From an uncultured Bdellovibrionales bacterium (GTDB lineage: Bacteria > Patescibacteriota > Minisyncoccia > Moranbacterales > UBA1568), in contig CAZGXN010000008.1 of assembly GCA_964530135.1 (NCBI GenBank), forward strand, positions 1 through 42,766: a DNA stretch of 42,766 nucleotides. The letters are read 5' to 3'. A program made the position numbers and the translations under genes. Of the stretch, positions 1 to 9,817 are shown piece after piece (the first letter of the stretch is position 1; each line of letters begins with the position of its first letter). The notes under the pieces were generated by a model, which ran no database searches, had not been told where the DNA came from, and saw nothing but the letters and a program-made list of their open reading frames with translations.

Positions 1-712
1 GATTCGACGAGTTGGAAACTGCCAAATCAAAATTGGCACTTGTCGGTGCGGTACCATCCCCGATCGTAAAGACTTCGGAATCCGTACCCGTATCCGTGTT
101 CTGTTGGTGGCTATCATTGAGACGCGAGTCGTCGCCACGGACGAGCTGATTCTTGCCCGTTCCGACCGGAAGCTGCTTGATACTTACCTTGCCGCTCTTT
201 CCCAGGACGAGAAGATTACCTTCGCTTGTCCCAAAGGATCGCCCCCGCAGAAATTGCGCATTGAGGGCAGCCGGGACAGCACCGAGCTTCTTTCGTGGCA
301 CCATCTCAGAATCCGTTCCGAATCGGATACCGAGATAGTAGTCGCCGCTCTCAAAGTTGAGTCCGGCGGGCAAGGGTGTCGAGGCACCAAGAGAAGCTCG
401 CAAAATACCATTCTTGACCGTGATGTTTTGCGTCTCATCCCAGAGACGATTGCCAATATCTGTATTGGATGGATATGGATCGCGGGTTGTCCGATCTGTC
501 CGATAGATTGAGAAGCGGACTGGATACTCACCATTGGTGATGATTTTACTCTCGGCGTCAAAGAGAGAGACAGCAACTGAAATTTGGTTTATCGACTGCG
601 CAAAAACTGGCCGGAAATCATATCCCCACCCAATGAGACTCCCCGTCGCCACCGCGATCGCTAGGAGATATGTATACAGTTTTCTATTTTTATTTTCTAC
701 ATAACAATACAT
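1..712 (-). CDS. N-terminal part of a large secreted/surface protein; runs off the left edge and is absent from the ORF track
   Basis: Manual translation from ATG at 712 is open to position 2 (237 codons): MYCYVENKNRKLYTYLLAIAVATGSLIGWG...NGEYPVRFSIY...LWDETQNITVKNGILRASLGASTPLP...YYLGIRFGTDSEMVPRKKLGAVPAALNAQFLRG. It has an N-terminal hydrophobic segment and resembles the leader domain I recall from giant CPR surface proteins. Confidence 0.85.
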   Translation of the reverse strand, partial: MYCYVENKNRKLYTYLLAIAVATGSLIGWGYDFRPVFAQSINQISVAVSLFDAESKIITNGEYPVRFSIYRTDRTTRDPYPSNTDIGNRLWDETQNITVKNGILRASLGASTPLPAGLNFESGDYYLGIRFGTDSEMVPRKKLGAVPAALNAQFLRGRSFGTSEGNLLVLGKSGKVSIKQLPVGTGKNQLVRGDDSRLNDSHQQNTDTGTDSEVFTIGDGTAPTSANFDLAVSNSSN

Positions 713-780
713 GGCGGACTTTCATTGTCCTGATTAAATATACCACGGAAACGCAATATTTTCACTCTCTCCATATCTGA

Positions 781-1623
781 TTATTTACTCGTTACTGCCC
801 AACCAAATACTTCACCGATCGCTCCGGCAATGAGGTCGAAAAGAGAGACCGTTCGAGCACCCGTAAACACGGCGTGCGGCTCACTTTTCACCCGATTCCC
901 ATAGCGGTCACTCGCATCGATAGTGTAAAGATAGGTCGAAGCCGGATCGAGACCAGAGATGATCACACTGTGATTATAACTATAGTCATCTTCATCAATT
1001 GATCGCTCGGTCTGACCGATACCCTTCGCATATTTCACAGCTGCTTGAGAGAGTTTGTTGGTCGTCCATGTTACAACCAGTTTGACTTCCTTCTTATTTT
1101 TTTCGGTGAAGGCCTCGCCACGGATATTTTCTATCGTGAGCGCACCAACCTCATCTTCCGATACGAGGAATTGCAACTCTCCCCCGATGACAATCTCGCC
1201 AGCTTGAAAGTTTTCACTTGCATAGTTTGCATTCTCATCTGGCAAAGCGAGTGATTCTGGATCCGGTTCAGGATTTGGTGAGGGTAATGTCGGCTTCGTC
1301 TCTGGCACCGACTGCGCGGTCTCGTTTGCCACCGGAGCACTGCCGACATCTCGAAACCACCAGTACAATATGCCGGCGATTACTGCCACCGAGAGCAGAA
1401 CGAACACACTTCGCCAGACCATACGGTGCCGCCATTTGCTCGCTGGCGTAGCGATAACATCTTCAACGCTTGACACTGGCGGTATCACACTCGCCGCATT
1501 CGGAGATGGTTCAACCGGCGCTGGCGTCGGAGTACTTTGGGCGCCTTCTTCGGCTGACACATCGGGAATCGGAGTGGTCTGATCTCTGAGGAAAGGATTG
1601 GGGGATGGTGCTGGTTCCGACAT
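781..1623 (-). CDS. Membrane-anchored hypothetical protein with a C-terminal fibronectin-III-like beta domain
   Basis: 280 aa; Pro-rich disordered N-terminus, one TM helix (VFVLLSVAVIAGILYWWF), then WTTNK...VKY...HSVIISGLDPASTYLYTIDASDRYGN (FN3 / purple acid phosphatase N-terminal-like pattern). Confidence 0.7.
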   Translation of the reverse strand: MSEPAPSPNPFLRDQTTPIPDVSAEEGAQSTPTPAPVEPSPNAASVIPPVSSVEDVIATPASKWRHRMVWRSVFVLLSVAVIAGILYWWFRDVGSAPVANETAQSVPETKPTLPSPNPEPDPESLALPDENANYASENFQAGEIVIGGELQFLVSEDEVGALTIENIRGEAFTEKNKKEVKLVVTWTTNKLSQAAVKYAKGIGQTERSIDEDDYSYNHSVIISGLDPASTYLYTIDASDRYGNRVKSEPHAVFTGARTVSLFDLIAGAIGEVFGWAVTSK

Positions 1624-1891
1624 ACGGATAACAATAACAACTTTGGGTCATTACACAGCTTGATTTCTCTCTCACTATACCATGCCCCACTGGACACTGA
1701 TACTCTCTTTTCCACGCCGATTTCAATCTCTGACTCCCTCAACTGGTTGATCACGCGTCTTTCCAATCGAAAACTTTTTTAGAAGCTCTCACATTTCCAC
1801 TCACCCCCATCACTCTCACCACCACCTGATTCAAAAATCAAAACTGAACTTACATCAATTGAAGCAGCTGATGGATTAGTTTTCTCCACTC

Positions 1892-2806
1892 TTAGGCCAA
1901 ACGACCGAGGATACCATTGAGTTCTTCGTTCGAATAAAATTCAATCGTGATCTTGCCACCCTTACCTCGCGGCTGGATCCGGACTTTTGTCCCGAGCTGT
2001 TCAGTCAACCACTCTTCTTTGGCCACGATTTCGGGTGCTTGTTCCCGAGAGGTACGCACATGCGAACGAACCGAAACTGCACGCGCCTTGTCCTCTGTTT
2101 CTCTGACTGTCAGAGTCTCTTTGAGGATGAGCTCGAACAGAGCGCGTTGCTTTTCGGCATTCTCGATCGAGAGCAGTGCCTTGGCATGTCCCTCACTGAT
2201 CTCACCAACGATGATGGCACGCTGAATCTCCACTGGCAGAGTCAGCAGCCGGAGCGTATTGGAGATGTTCGACCGACTCTTGCCCATTTTCTTGGCGACT
2301 TCGTCCTGATGCAGACCAAACTCATCCGTGAGACGGAGATATGCCTTCGCCTCTTCAATCGGATTCAAATCATGTCGCTGGATGTTCTCGATGATCGCTA
2401 ACTCAAGTCTTTCTTGATTGCCCGCTTGCCGGAGTACGATCGGGACGGTGGATAAACCCGCCCGCCGGGCAGCTTGAAGACGCCGTTCTCCGGCGATCAA
2501 TTCATATTTCCCATCGTCGAGCCGAGATACGACGAGTGGCTGCAGGATGCCATACTCCCGAATCGAATCCGCTAGCTCAGTCAATTTTGTTTCATCAAAG
2601 TGGAGGCGCGGCTGATGTGAGTTTGGAATGATATCGCCAATCGATACTTCACGCGTTATCGGCACATCAGGATGCGAGACGGTCATCGATGGGAGCGCCG
2701 AAGGAGCAGCCGGATCAGAGGCAATCGGTTGCGAAGAATCCTGAGAATTTTTTTTCGGCGGGATGAGTGATGCGAGTCCCCGCCCGAGTCCATACTGCTG
2801 TGCCAT
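1892..2806 (-). CDS. parB: Chromosome partitioning protein ParB/Spo0J
   Basis: GLGRGLASLI N-terminus, QPR, GILQPL, YELIAGERRLQAA box, ENIQRHDLNPIEEA, HTH; directly downstream of parA. Confidence 0.97.
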   Translation of the reverse strand: MAQQYGLGRGLASLIPPKKNSQDSSQPIASDPAAPSALPSMTVSHPDVPITREVSIGDIIPNSHQPRLHFDETKLTELADSIREYGILQPLVVSRLDDGKYELIAGERRLQAARRAGLSTVPIVLRQAGNQERLELAIIENIQRHDLNPIEEAKAYLRLTDEFGLHQDEVAKKMGKSRSNISNTLRLLTLPVEIQRAIIVGEISEGHAKALLSIENAEKQRALFELILKETLTVRETEDKARAVSVRSHVRTSREQAPEIVAKEEWLTEQLGTKVRIQPRGKGGKITIEFYSNEELNGILGRLA

Positions 2807-2909
2807 ATGAAATCAGTGTATCAGGTATTAAAAGTATGCGGTACCTCTTCCATGTCCCCTCTATTGGTGGGTGGGGCTTGAATGTTCCCGAACGAACGCT
2901 GTCATTTTC

Positions 2910-3680
2910 TCAGGCATTGGATTCACGAGCGAGGATTTCACGCACCACTGATTTGTATGCTCGCGCGCCCTTTGAAAAAGCATCGAAATCGAGAATGGAT
3001 TTACCAAAACTCGGAGCCTCGGCAAGACGGACGGAACGTGGGATCACACTGTCGAAAACCGGTCCGGGAAAATGCCGCCGGACTTCCTCCACCACCTGAC
3101 GCGCTAGACGATTCCGGCGATCGAACAGGGTCAAGAGGGCACCGAAGATTTTTAAATTTGGCTGAAGACGCTCACGGACGAGCTCAATCGTACCGAGCAG
3201 TTGGGACAGTCCTTCGAGCGCATAGTATTCGGTCTGCACCGGCACGATAACACCATCACTGGCCACCAATCCGTTCACCGTCAGTAGACCGAGTGAGGGC
3301 GGACTATCAATGAGGATATAGTCGAACTCGGATCGCACCTGACGAAGTGCGTGATACAGCCGAAATTCTCGATCGCTGATATGCACCATCTCAATCTCTG
3401 CGCCCGCGAGATCTTGGGCTGCTGGGATGAGGTAGAGATTGGGAATACCGATATCGAGGATAATTTCGAGAGTCGGTAAACCAAGCGTCATCGCATGGTA
3501 GAGGTTTTTTTCGAGATTGCGAGTGTGGACTCCGAGTCCGGACGAAGCATTACCCTGCGGGTCGAGATCAACCAATAACACACGCTTCCCCGCTTCAGCG
3601 AGATATCGGGCAACATTGATCGTGGTCGTGGTTTTCCCCACTCCACCCTTTTGGTTGACGAATGCGATGACCTGAGCCAT
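2910..3680 (-). CDS. parA: Chromosome partitioning ATPase ParA/Soj
   Basis: Deviant Walker A NQKGGVGKTTT, DLDPQGNAS, DSPPSLGLLT, PVQTEYYALEGL, IPRSVRLAEAPSFG. Confidence 0.97.
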   Translation of the reverse strand: MAQVIAFVNQKGGVGKTTTTINVARYLAEAGKRVLLVDLDPQGNASSGLGVHTRNLEKNLYHAMTLGLPTLEIILDIGIPNLYLIPAAQDLAGAEIEMVHISDREFRLYHALRQVRSEFDYILIDSPPSLGLLTVNGLVASDGVIVPVQTEYYALEGLSQLLGTIELVRERLQPNLKIFGALLTLFDRRNRLARQVVEEVRRHFPGPVFDSVIPRSVRLAEAPSFGKSILDFDAFSKGARAYKSVVREILARESNA

Positions 3681-3794
3681 AGACAGTGCTGTCGCTTATA
3701 GAGTATGAACACAACATAACCCATGAGAACCGCGGCTCTCAAAACCCTTGATATCTCTTTCTTTGCAGTATACCTGCTCAACTAGTATATTCCA

Positions 3795-3823
3795 TTGACA
3801 ACGCTCTTTCAATTCCCTACCCT
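3795..3823 (+). promoter_or_regulatory. Putative sigma70 promoter for tRNA-Leu
   Basis: TTGACA-17 nt-TACCCT about 45 nt upstream of the tRNA. Confidence 0.5.
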
Positions 3824-3867
3824 TCATCTGCAGAGTGCCCCAGACTTTTCCAGAGAACAGATAAAAC

Positions 3868-3950
3868 GCCGCGGTGGTGGAATGGTAGACACACGGGACT
3901 CAAAATCCCGCGATAGCAATATCATGAGAGTTCGAGTCTCTCCCGCGGCA
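3868..3950 (+). tRNA. tRNA-Leu (anticodon CAA); CCA end not encoded
   Basis: Acceptor stem GCCGCGG/CCGCGGC plus A73; D-arm with GGTAGAC; anticodon stem CGGGA/TCCCG with loop CTCAAAA; long variable arm; T-arm GAGAG-TTCGAGT-CTCTC; followed by CCC rather than CCA. Confidence 0.97.
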
Positions 3951-3958
3951 CCCCCAAC

Positions 3959-3981
3959 CAGGCTCCAAGGCCTGTTTTTTT
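3959..3981 (+). terminator. Intrinsic terminator after tRNA-Leu
   Basis: CAGGC-TCCAAG-GCCTG followed by T7. Confidence 0.7.
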
Positions 3982-4007
3982 GTCGTTCGACCTATATTCC
4001 ACCATTC

Positions 4008-4520
4008 CTAATAGTCCCTCGGACGGATGCCTAGCTCAATGACCCGCGAGGTGCGTTGGTAAAACCCCTCCGCCCGAATACGCACCACAGCGTCACGCCA
4101 TTGGGTATCACCACACGCAATAACGGCATCAGACGAATCGTAAAAAATCACTTGAAAGGTATAGTTTGGACTCGAAGACGGACTATTGGTCGCGCTCACG
4201 ATACCACCCGAACAACCGGCACCAGTAACCGAGGCAAGATTGCCAGCCAACGATGTCAGTGTCGCATCATTCGGCATTGTTCCATTTATCGGGATAACTG
4301 AAATGGGCGGCGAATTATCAATGTAGATGCGTTTCAAGACCCGCTCAGCGGCACTATCAGCCGCCTGAAATGAAGTAACCGATTTCTGAGTCGCAAAACT
4401 CGCCTTCCGCTCCAACACTGACGCACTCATGAGTGAAACACCTGAAAGCAGAATCAGGGAAAGGAGAATGATCGAAAACCCGATTGCTGACCCCTTGAGC
4501 TGTGTGTGTTTGCTCGCCAT
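4008..4520 (-). CDS. PilX/GspK-like minor type IV pilin
   Basis: Short basic leader MASKHTQLKG, hydrophobic helix SAIGFSIILLSLILLSGVSLM lacking Glu5, then SFQAADSAAE (PilX N-terminal AFQAAEAG-like) and a terminal RTSRVIE beta strand. Confidence 0.75.
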   Translation of the reverse strand: MASKHTQLKGSAIGFSIILLSLILLSGVSLMSASVLERKASFATQKSVTSFQAADSAAERVLKRIYIDNSPPISVIPINGTMPNDATLTSLAGNLASVTGAGCSGGIVSATNSPSSSPNYTFQVIFYDSSDAVIACGDTQWRDAVVRIRAEGFYQRTSRVIELGIRPRDY

Positions 4521-4522
4521 AC

Positions 4523-5377
4523 CTACAGTATACTCTCATTCGCCCCGCCACCGAGTGCCAGCTCGGTAACACGCCCGATAAGCCACGCGACCGTAACCGG
4601 CCCCACGCCTCCTGGCACAGGAGTGATATATCCATCCACTGACTGAAAACTCTTGGGCTCAGCATCACCCATCACCTGTGCCCCGACACGGGTGATACCA
4701 CCATCGATAATCACCGCACCCGAACGCACCATCTGCCCCGTGAGAAAATGTGGTGTGCCTGTAGCTGAAATTACGATCTCAGCGGAGCGCAGACACTCCT
4801 CCACTTTGGCCTGAGGGGTTAGGCTCAGATGTTCCGATGTGTGAATCCCATGACGGCTGAGTGTCTTACTCATCACTTGGGCAAAAAGATTTGAATTAGC
4901 AAGGATACACGCGTGTTTTCCAGCGAGCGGAAGTGCGGTGCTTTCGAGGAGTGTGAGGAGAGCGCGTGGAAACACCGGTGGTATCAGTGCGGTGCCGGCG
5001 AGAAACCGCGCCACTGTCTCAGGATGAAAACCGTCTGCATCCTTCTCTGGCTGGATAGCTGCGATGACCGCAGCCGTATCAATGCCAGAGGGTAACGGCA
5101 ACTGGACGATGATGCCATGGAGGGTAGTTTGTTGATTTAGCCGTCGGATAAGGGAACAGATCGCGGCTGTCTGTGTCGTGGCTGGCAACAAATGTTTTTC
5201 AAAATGTACGCCAACTGACTGTGCAGCGCGTTCTTTCAACCCGACATACATCTCGGATGCCGGATCATGACCAACCAACACCACCGCCAGTCCTGGCATG
5301 ATGCCACGCTCATGAATCACATCCCTCACCCTCGAGAGGATCTGATCAGCGATAGGTTTTCCAGAAATACACTGCAT
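4523..5377 (-). CDS. folD: Bifunctional methylene-THF dehydrogenase/cyclohydrolase
   Basis: PGLAVVLVGHDPASEMYVGLK, GIIVQLPLP, KDADGFHP, AVIIDGG, YITPVPGGVGPVT. Confidence 0.95.
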   Translation of the reverse strand: MQCISGKPIADQILSRVRDVIHERGIMPGLAVVLVGHDPASEMYVGLKERAAQSVGVHFEKHLLPATTQTAAICSLIRRLNQQTTLHGIIVQLPLPSGIDTAAVIAAIQPEKDADGFHPETVARFLAGTALIPPVFPRALLTLLESTALPLAGKHACILANSNLFAQVMSKTLSRHGIHTSEHLSLTPQAKVEECLRSAEIVISATGTPHFLTGQMVRSGAVIIDGGITRVGAQVMGDAEPKSFQSVDGYITPVPGGVGPVTVAWLIGRVTELALGGGANESIL

Positions 5378-5382
5378 GTTTT

Positions 5383-6147
5383 TTACAAAACGATAAGGGC
5401 AAAGAATAGTGCCACGAGAATACGATAGACCCCAAAGGCGATAAAGGAATGCGTTTTGACGAAGCGGAGAAGAAATTTGATCGCCATGAGAGCAACGAGG
5501 AATGACACACCAAATCCGATGGCGAGAGACTGGATATCTGCAGTGGAAAAAGTAGCCTGATGCTTGATGATATCAAGAGTGGTCGCAGCGACCATCGTCG
5601 GAACACCGAGCAAGAAAGAGAACTCGACCGCCGCCGAACGTGAGAGGCCAATAGCGAGTCCACCGATAATCGTCGCACCGGCGCGGGAGACGCCAGGAAT
5701 AACAGACAGTGCCTGTGTGAGACCAATGAAAAAAGCTTGGGGGTACGAAATGGATTCCACGGTTACTGGGTTGATGGGCTCGGTCCGATACCGTTCAAAG
5801 ATAATCAAGACGATGCCTCCTAGAAAGAGCGTTATCACCACCGTCCACGGCGATGCAAGTAGTGAGCGAATAAAGGCATAGAACAAAAATCCAATGCCAA
5901 GCGCGGGCAACAACGCAACAATAATGTGCTGCATCAAGGCACGATCAAAGAAAAGTTTCCGCCAATACAATACCACAACGGCAAGAATCGCACCGAGCTG
6001 AATGACAATTTCAAAAGATTTGAGAAAATCTGAATTTGCAATCCCCAACAGGTGAGCGGTCAGCACCAGGTGTCCCGTCGAGGAAATGGGAAGAAATTCC
6101 GTCAGTCCTTCAACGATTCCCAAAAGAGCCGCTTCAAAAACATTCAT
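5383..6147 (-). CDS. uppP: Undecaprenyl-diphosphatase UppP/BacA
   Basis: GIVEGLTEFLPISSTGHL, IQLGAILAV, PGVSRAGATI, AVEFSFLLGVP. Confidence 0.97.
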   Translation of the reverse strand: MNVFEAALLGIVEGLTEFLPISSTGHLVLTAHLLGIANSDFLKSFEIVIQLGAILAVVVLYWRKLFFDRALMQHIIVALLPALGIGFLFYAFIRSLLASPWTVVITLFLGGIVLIIFERYRTEPINPVTVESISYPQAFFIGLTQALSVIPGVSRAGATIIGGLAIGLSRSAAVEFSFLLGVPTMVAATTLDIIKHQATFSTADIQSLAIGFGVSFLVALMAIKFLLRFVKTHSFIAFGVYRILVALFFALIVL

Positions 6148-6153
6148 AGAGGG

Positions 6154-6828
6154 TTAGAAAAGAGTATTCGTGTGCAACACTGTGTCTTCATAGCTCGCAT
6201 GCTCCGTCTTGGCTGATTCGAGGAGGGATTGATTGCCGTGCAACTCCGTGAGGTACTGCCAGTTACGAAATTCCGGATACCGCCGAAGCTGTTCCTCGAG
6301 GATTTCCACGGTTGCCCGGACATCTCCCGCACCGGTATGTGCCAGTGTATGGTCTTTGCCGCAATACAACCGGTAGGCCGCTGTCAAATTCCGCGGAGCG
6401 AACATATCGCGCTTCTCCATCTTGTGATACAAAATTTTTGCATCGAGGATTTTTTTGGTAAGATAATCAAAATTCTTCCCGACTGAAGCAAATTCTGACT
6501 TGAGAAAAGGCAGATCAAAACCGGTGATATTGAACCCCCCAACATCCGCCCCCTCAAAAGCGCTCCAGAGCGTATAGGACAACTTGGCAAAGCTCGGGGC
6601 AAGTGCGACATCTGCATCGGTAATACCATTGATCGCGCTCGCTTCAGGCGGTATCGGACGACCTGGATTGATCTGATAGACATATGCCGTAACACTCCCG
6701 TCCGGCATGATTTTCTCATAGGCCAGCTCGATAATCTTGTCCTCACCCGTAGCAAGTCCCGTCGTTTCCAAATCAAAAACAATTAGTGGACGATCCAGCG
6801 GCAGGAATTGAGGGAGAGAACTTTTCAT
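6154..6828 (-). CDS. DEDDh 3'-5' exonuclease (DnaQ/epsilon-like)
   Basis: VFDLETTG (Exo I), GFNITGFDLPFL (Exo II), HTGAGDV (Exo III). Start placed at MKSSLP (6828); the ORF extends to 6870. Confidence 0.88.
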   Translation of the reverse strand: MKSSLPQFLPLDRPLIVFDLETTGLATGEDKIIELAYEKIMPDGSVTAYVYQINPGRPIPPEASAINGITDADVALAPSFAKLSYTLWSAFEGADVGGFNITGFDLPFLKSEFASVGKNFDYLTKKILDAKILYHKMEKRDMFAPRNLTAAYRLYCGKDHTLAHTGAGDVRATVEILEEQLRRYPEFRNWQYLTELHGNQSLLESAKTEHASYEDTVLHTNTLF

Positions 6829-6981
6829 GTTTTCGATGGTATGTGATAAAGGGTAATTATAACTACTCAAGTATATTACTCGACCGTAACACTCTTTGCT
6901 AGATCGCTGAGCTGATTGATGACGTCTCTACGCCCGACAATAGGGATCAAACCGACGGCGTCGGACCGAGCTTCCGTGTAT

Positions 6982-9465
6982 TTAAGAAACCACAAAATTA
7001 AGAATGCGGCCCGGGACATAGATGCATTTTCGCAACTGTTTCCCCACGATGAAGGCTTGTATCTTTGGATCGGCGAGCGCGAGCGCTCTGGCCTCAGCCT
7101 CCGTTGCACGGACGGCCAGATCGATCGTACTACGGACTTTACCATTCACCTGGACGCCAATCGTCTTCGTCTCTTCACGAATTTTCTTCGGATCATACTT
7201 CGGCCAGGCACTGAGGAAAATAGATTGCTTGTTTCCTAATCTCTGCCAAAGTTCTTCACTGATATGTGGTGCAAATGGACCGAGGAGGATAAGCAATATT
7301 TTAAAGCTTGCTTCTGAAACTTGAGATTCTTTTTCGAGGTCATTCACGAAAATCATCAGCGCACTCATCGCCGTATTGAATTTCAACCCCGCTATGTCCT
7401 CTGTTACCTTCTTGATCGTTTTATGGAGCAATGACTCAAGCCTCTGCTGGCTGACGACTGATGATTGATGGCTGACCTTCCCTCCGAGTTTCCAAACTTT
7501 TTCCAAAAACCGCCGCAGTCCGATGATGCTACCAGTATTCCACGCCTTCATCTCATCCAACGGACCCATAAACATCTCATAGAGCCGCAGACTATCTGCT
7601 CCGAATTCGGCAATCACCTGATCTGGATTCACGACATTTCCCTTTGATTTGGACATCTTGTTCCCATCCGGCGCAAGAATCATGCCTTGATGACGGAGCT
7701 TCAAAAATGGTTCATCAAACGCAAGGTAGCCATGCTGCCGGAGCGCCTTGGTAAAGAAACGGGCATAGAGGAGATGCAGCACCGTGTGTTCGGCTCCACC
7801 CATGTAGAAATCCACGGGGAGATACTTTTCCAGAGCCTTCTTCGAGGCGAACTGCTTGGCATTCTGCGGGTCAGCGTAGCGGAGATAGTACCAGCTCGAG
7901 CAGACGAACGTATCCATCGTATCGCTTTCGCGCCGCGCCTTCTTCCCGCACTTCGGACACTTCACGCGATGGAAGGACTTCGAACGGATGAGTGGCGACT
8001 CTCCGGTCGGACGGAAATCGACATCGGTCGGAAGCTTCACCGGTAGATCCTTTTCGGGTACCGGCACCATGCCGCAGTCATCGCAGTAGATAATCGGAAT
8101 CGGCGCTCCCCAGTAACGCTGGCGGGAGATGAGCCAATCGCGCAGCCGGTAATTCACCACTTTCTTACCGAGCTTTTCTTTTTTCAGCCACGCGACCATC
8201 TTCTCGCGAGCCTCGGCAGAAGATAATCCGGAAAATTCCTTGGAATTTACTAACTTACCGTCATTAGCATAGTGACTATTCCATTCATCTTCAAAATTTT
8301 GAATGTGCCCGATTCCTTTTTTATCAACATAGCCACTAACGCTTCCATGTGTCGATATTGATTGCTGAATCGGTAAATCGTACTTCTTTGCAAAAGCCCA
8401 ATCTCGCTCGTCATGCGCCGGAACTCCCATCACTGCTCCCGTGCCATAGGTCCCGAGGACATAGTCCGCGACATAGACCGGCAATCGCTCGCCCGTAAAC
8501 GGATGGGCGACCTCGATACCCTGGAGACACACTCCTGTTTTTTCTTTATTGAGCTCGGTTCGCTCCAAATCGGTCTTTTGTTTGGTCGCTGTGAGATAAC
8601 ATTCGACCTCTTTCCAATTCTTGATTCTCGATTTTTGATGTTTGATCAACGGATGCTCGGGCGCCACGATGACATACGTACAGCCATAGATAGTATCGAG
8701 TCGCGTCGTGAAAACTCGGATCTCTTCCTCGGTCTCCGTAACATAAAAGGCTACCTCAGCACCTTCGGAACGGCCGATCCAGTGCCGTTGCGCCGCTTTG
8801 GTTGATTCCGGCCAATCAATTTTTTCAAGCCCAGAGAGCAATCCAGAAACTTTCTTGCCGTCTTTTGCTTTCTTCGGCTCCACAAAATCAGTAATTTTGA
8901 AAAACCACTGCTCGAGGTCTTTCTGGATGACACTATCACCCGAACGGTCACACTTCCCATCGATAACTTGTTCATTGGCCAGGACTGTCTGACACGCCGG
9001 ACACCAATTTACTTTTGCCTTTTTTTTGTAGGCCAGACCATGCTTGTAGAGAAAGAGGAACATCCACTGGGTCCACTGGTAGTATGCCGGACTCGAGGTA
9101 TTTATTTCTCGTTCCCAATCATACGAGAGGCCAATCGCCTTGATCTGACGCGTAAAGTTTCGAATTGATTCCTTGGTCCGTTTGTCTGGATGAATGCCAG
9201 TTTTGATGGCGAAGTTTTCCGCTGGCAACCCGAATGCATCCCAGCCAATCGGATGCATCACAGCATGTCCCTGAAAACGCATAAAGCGCGCCAAGATGTC
9301 GGTCGCCGTGAAATTTTCGACATGACCGACATGGAGCCCATCCCCTGACGGATACGGGAACATATCGAGAATCGAGTATTTCCCTTTCGTCGCTTTTGGC
9401 TTGGGATGACCCGCTGCCCAGACAGCCTGCCACTTCTTCTCTACTTTTCTCGGATCGTATTGCAT
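6982..9465 (-). CDS. leuS: Leucine--tRNA ligase
   Basis: MFPYPSGDGLHVGH, GWDAFGLPAEN, FTTRLDT editing motif, GTGAVMGVPAHD, RLRDWLISRQRYWG, GGAEH, KMSKSKGN. Confidence 0.98.
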   Translation of the reverse strand: MQYDPRKVEKKWQAVWAAGHPKPKATKGKYSILDMFPYPSGDGLHVGHVENFTATDILARFMRFQGHAVMHPIGWDAFGLPAENFAIKTGIHPDKRTKESIRNFTRQIKAIGLSYDWEREINTSSPAYYQWTQWMFLFLYKHGLAYKKKAKVNWCPACQTVLANEQVIDGKCDRSGDSVIQKDLEQWFFKITDFVEPKKAKDGKKVSGLLSGLEKIDWPESTKAAQRHWIGRSEGAEVAFYVTETEEEIRVFTTRLDTIYGCTYVIVAPEHPLIKHQKSRIKNWKEVECYLTATKQKTDLERTELNKEKTGVCLQGIEVAHPFTGERLPVYVADYVLGTYGTGAVMGVPAHDERDWAFAKKYDLPIQQSISTHGSVSGYVDKKGIGHIQNFEDEWNSHYANDGKLVNSKEFSGLSSAEAREKMVAWLKKEKLGKKVVNYRLRDWLISRQRYWGAPIPIIYCDDCGMVPVPEKDLPVKLPTDVDFRPTGESPLIRSKSFHRVKCPKCGKKARRESDTMDTFVCSSWYYLRYADPQNAKQFASKKALEKYLPVDFYMGGAEHTVLHLLYARFFTKALRQHGYLAFDEPFLKLRHQGMILAPDGNKMSKSKGNVVNPDQVIAEFGADSLRLYEMFMGPLDEMKAWNTGSIIGLRRFLEKVWKLGGKVSHQSSVVSQQRLESLLHKTIKKVTEDIAGLKFNTAMSALMIFVNDLEKESQVSEASFKILLILLGPFAPHISEELWQRLGNKQSIFLSAWPKYDPKKIREETKTIGVQVNGKVRSTIDLAVRATEAEARALALADPKIQAFIVGKQLRKCIYVPGRILNFVVS
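7444..7478 (-). repeat. Degenerate 7-mer tandem repeat (5 units) translated in frame in leuS
   Basis: Coding strand AGGTCAG CCATCAA TCATCAG TCGTCAG CCAGCAG, encoding KVSHQSSVVSQQ. Confidence 0.7.
8612..8646 (-). repeat. Degenerate 7-mer tandem repeat (5 units) translated in frame in leuS
   Basis: Coding strand ATCAAAC ATCAAAA ATCGAGA ATCAAGA ATTGGAA, encoding IKHQKSRIKNW. Confidence 0.75.
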
Positions 9466-9491
9466 AGCAGGAAAAAGCCTAGTACTCCCAC

Positions 9492-9520
9492 ACTCTAGCC
9501 GAAAAAAAGCCTTTTTTCAA
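9492..9520 (-). promoter_or_regulatory. Putative sigma70 promoter of leuS
   Basis: TTGAAA-17 nt-TAGAGT, 26 nt upstream of the ATG; this leaves no room for a T-box. Confidence 0.6.
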
Positions 9521-9619
9521 GGGAAAGAACCGAATTCACAAACCTCAACAGCCGCACCAAAAATTCTTTCATTTATCGATATTTGTTCTATACTACCAGC
9601 AGTACCTTAGGAGCAGGTC

Positions 9620-9796
9620 ATGCAGCAACATCCCCTTGGCATCAAAACCCCAAAGCGGCAACGATTCAAAGGCGATCTCCGGTATATCTGGGACGATCCT
9701 CGGCCAAAAATGTCGTTGCCATTTCATCCACCCTACCCCCGCCCCTTTCCCAGAGTAACTTTTGAGGAATTACGGCCAGTGGGACGCGATGTCTAA
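9620..9796 (+). CDS. Small Pro/Arg-rich hypothetical protein (58 aa), below the ORF-track cutoff
   Basis: AGGAG 6 nt before ATG; MQQHPLGIKTPKRQRFKGDLRYIWDDPRPKMSLPFHPPYPRPFPRVTFEELRPVGRDV; TATACT at 9589-9594 and its own terminator downstream. Confidence 0.65.
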   Translation: MQQHPLGIKTPKRQRFKGDLRYIWDDPRPKMSLPFHPPYPRPFPRVTFEELRPVGRDV

Positions 9797-9817
9797 TGAC
9801 ATCCAGACACAAAGCGT

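Noticed and set aside
104-576. ORF-track entries 104..511(+), 153..338(+) and 184..576(-)
   Set aside because: Shadow or off-frame ORFs of the real minus-strand gene starting at 712.
2880-2900. TGTTCCCGAACGAACG between parA and parB as a possible parS
   Set aside because: Not palindromic and a poor match to TGTTNCACGTGAAACA.
1624-3860. Possible oriC near parAB
   Set aside because: No cluster of DnaA boxes (TTATCCACA) and no dnaA/dnaN in the window.
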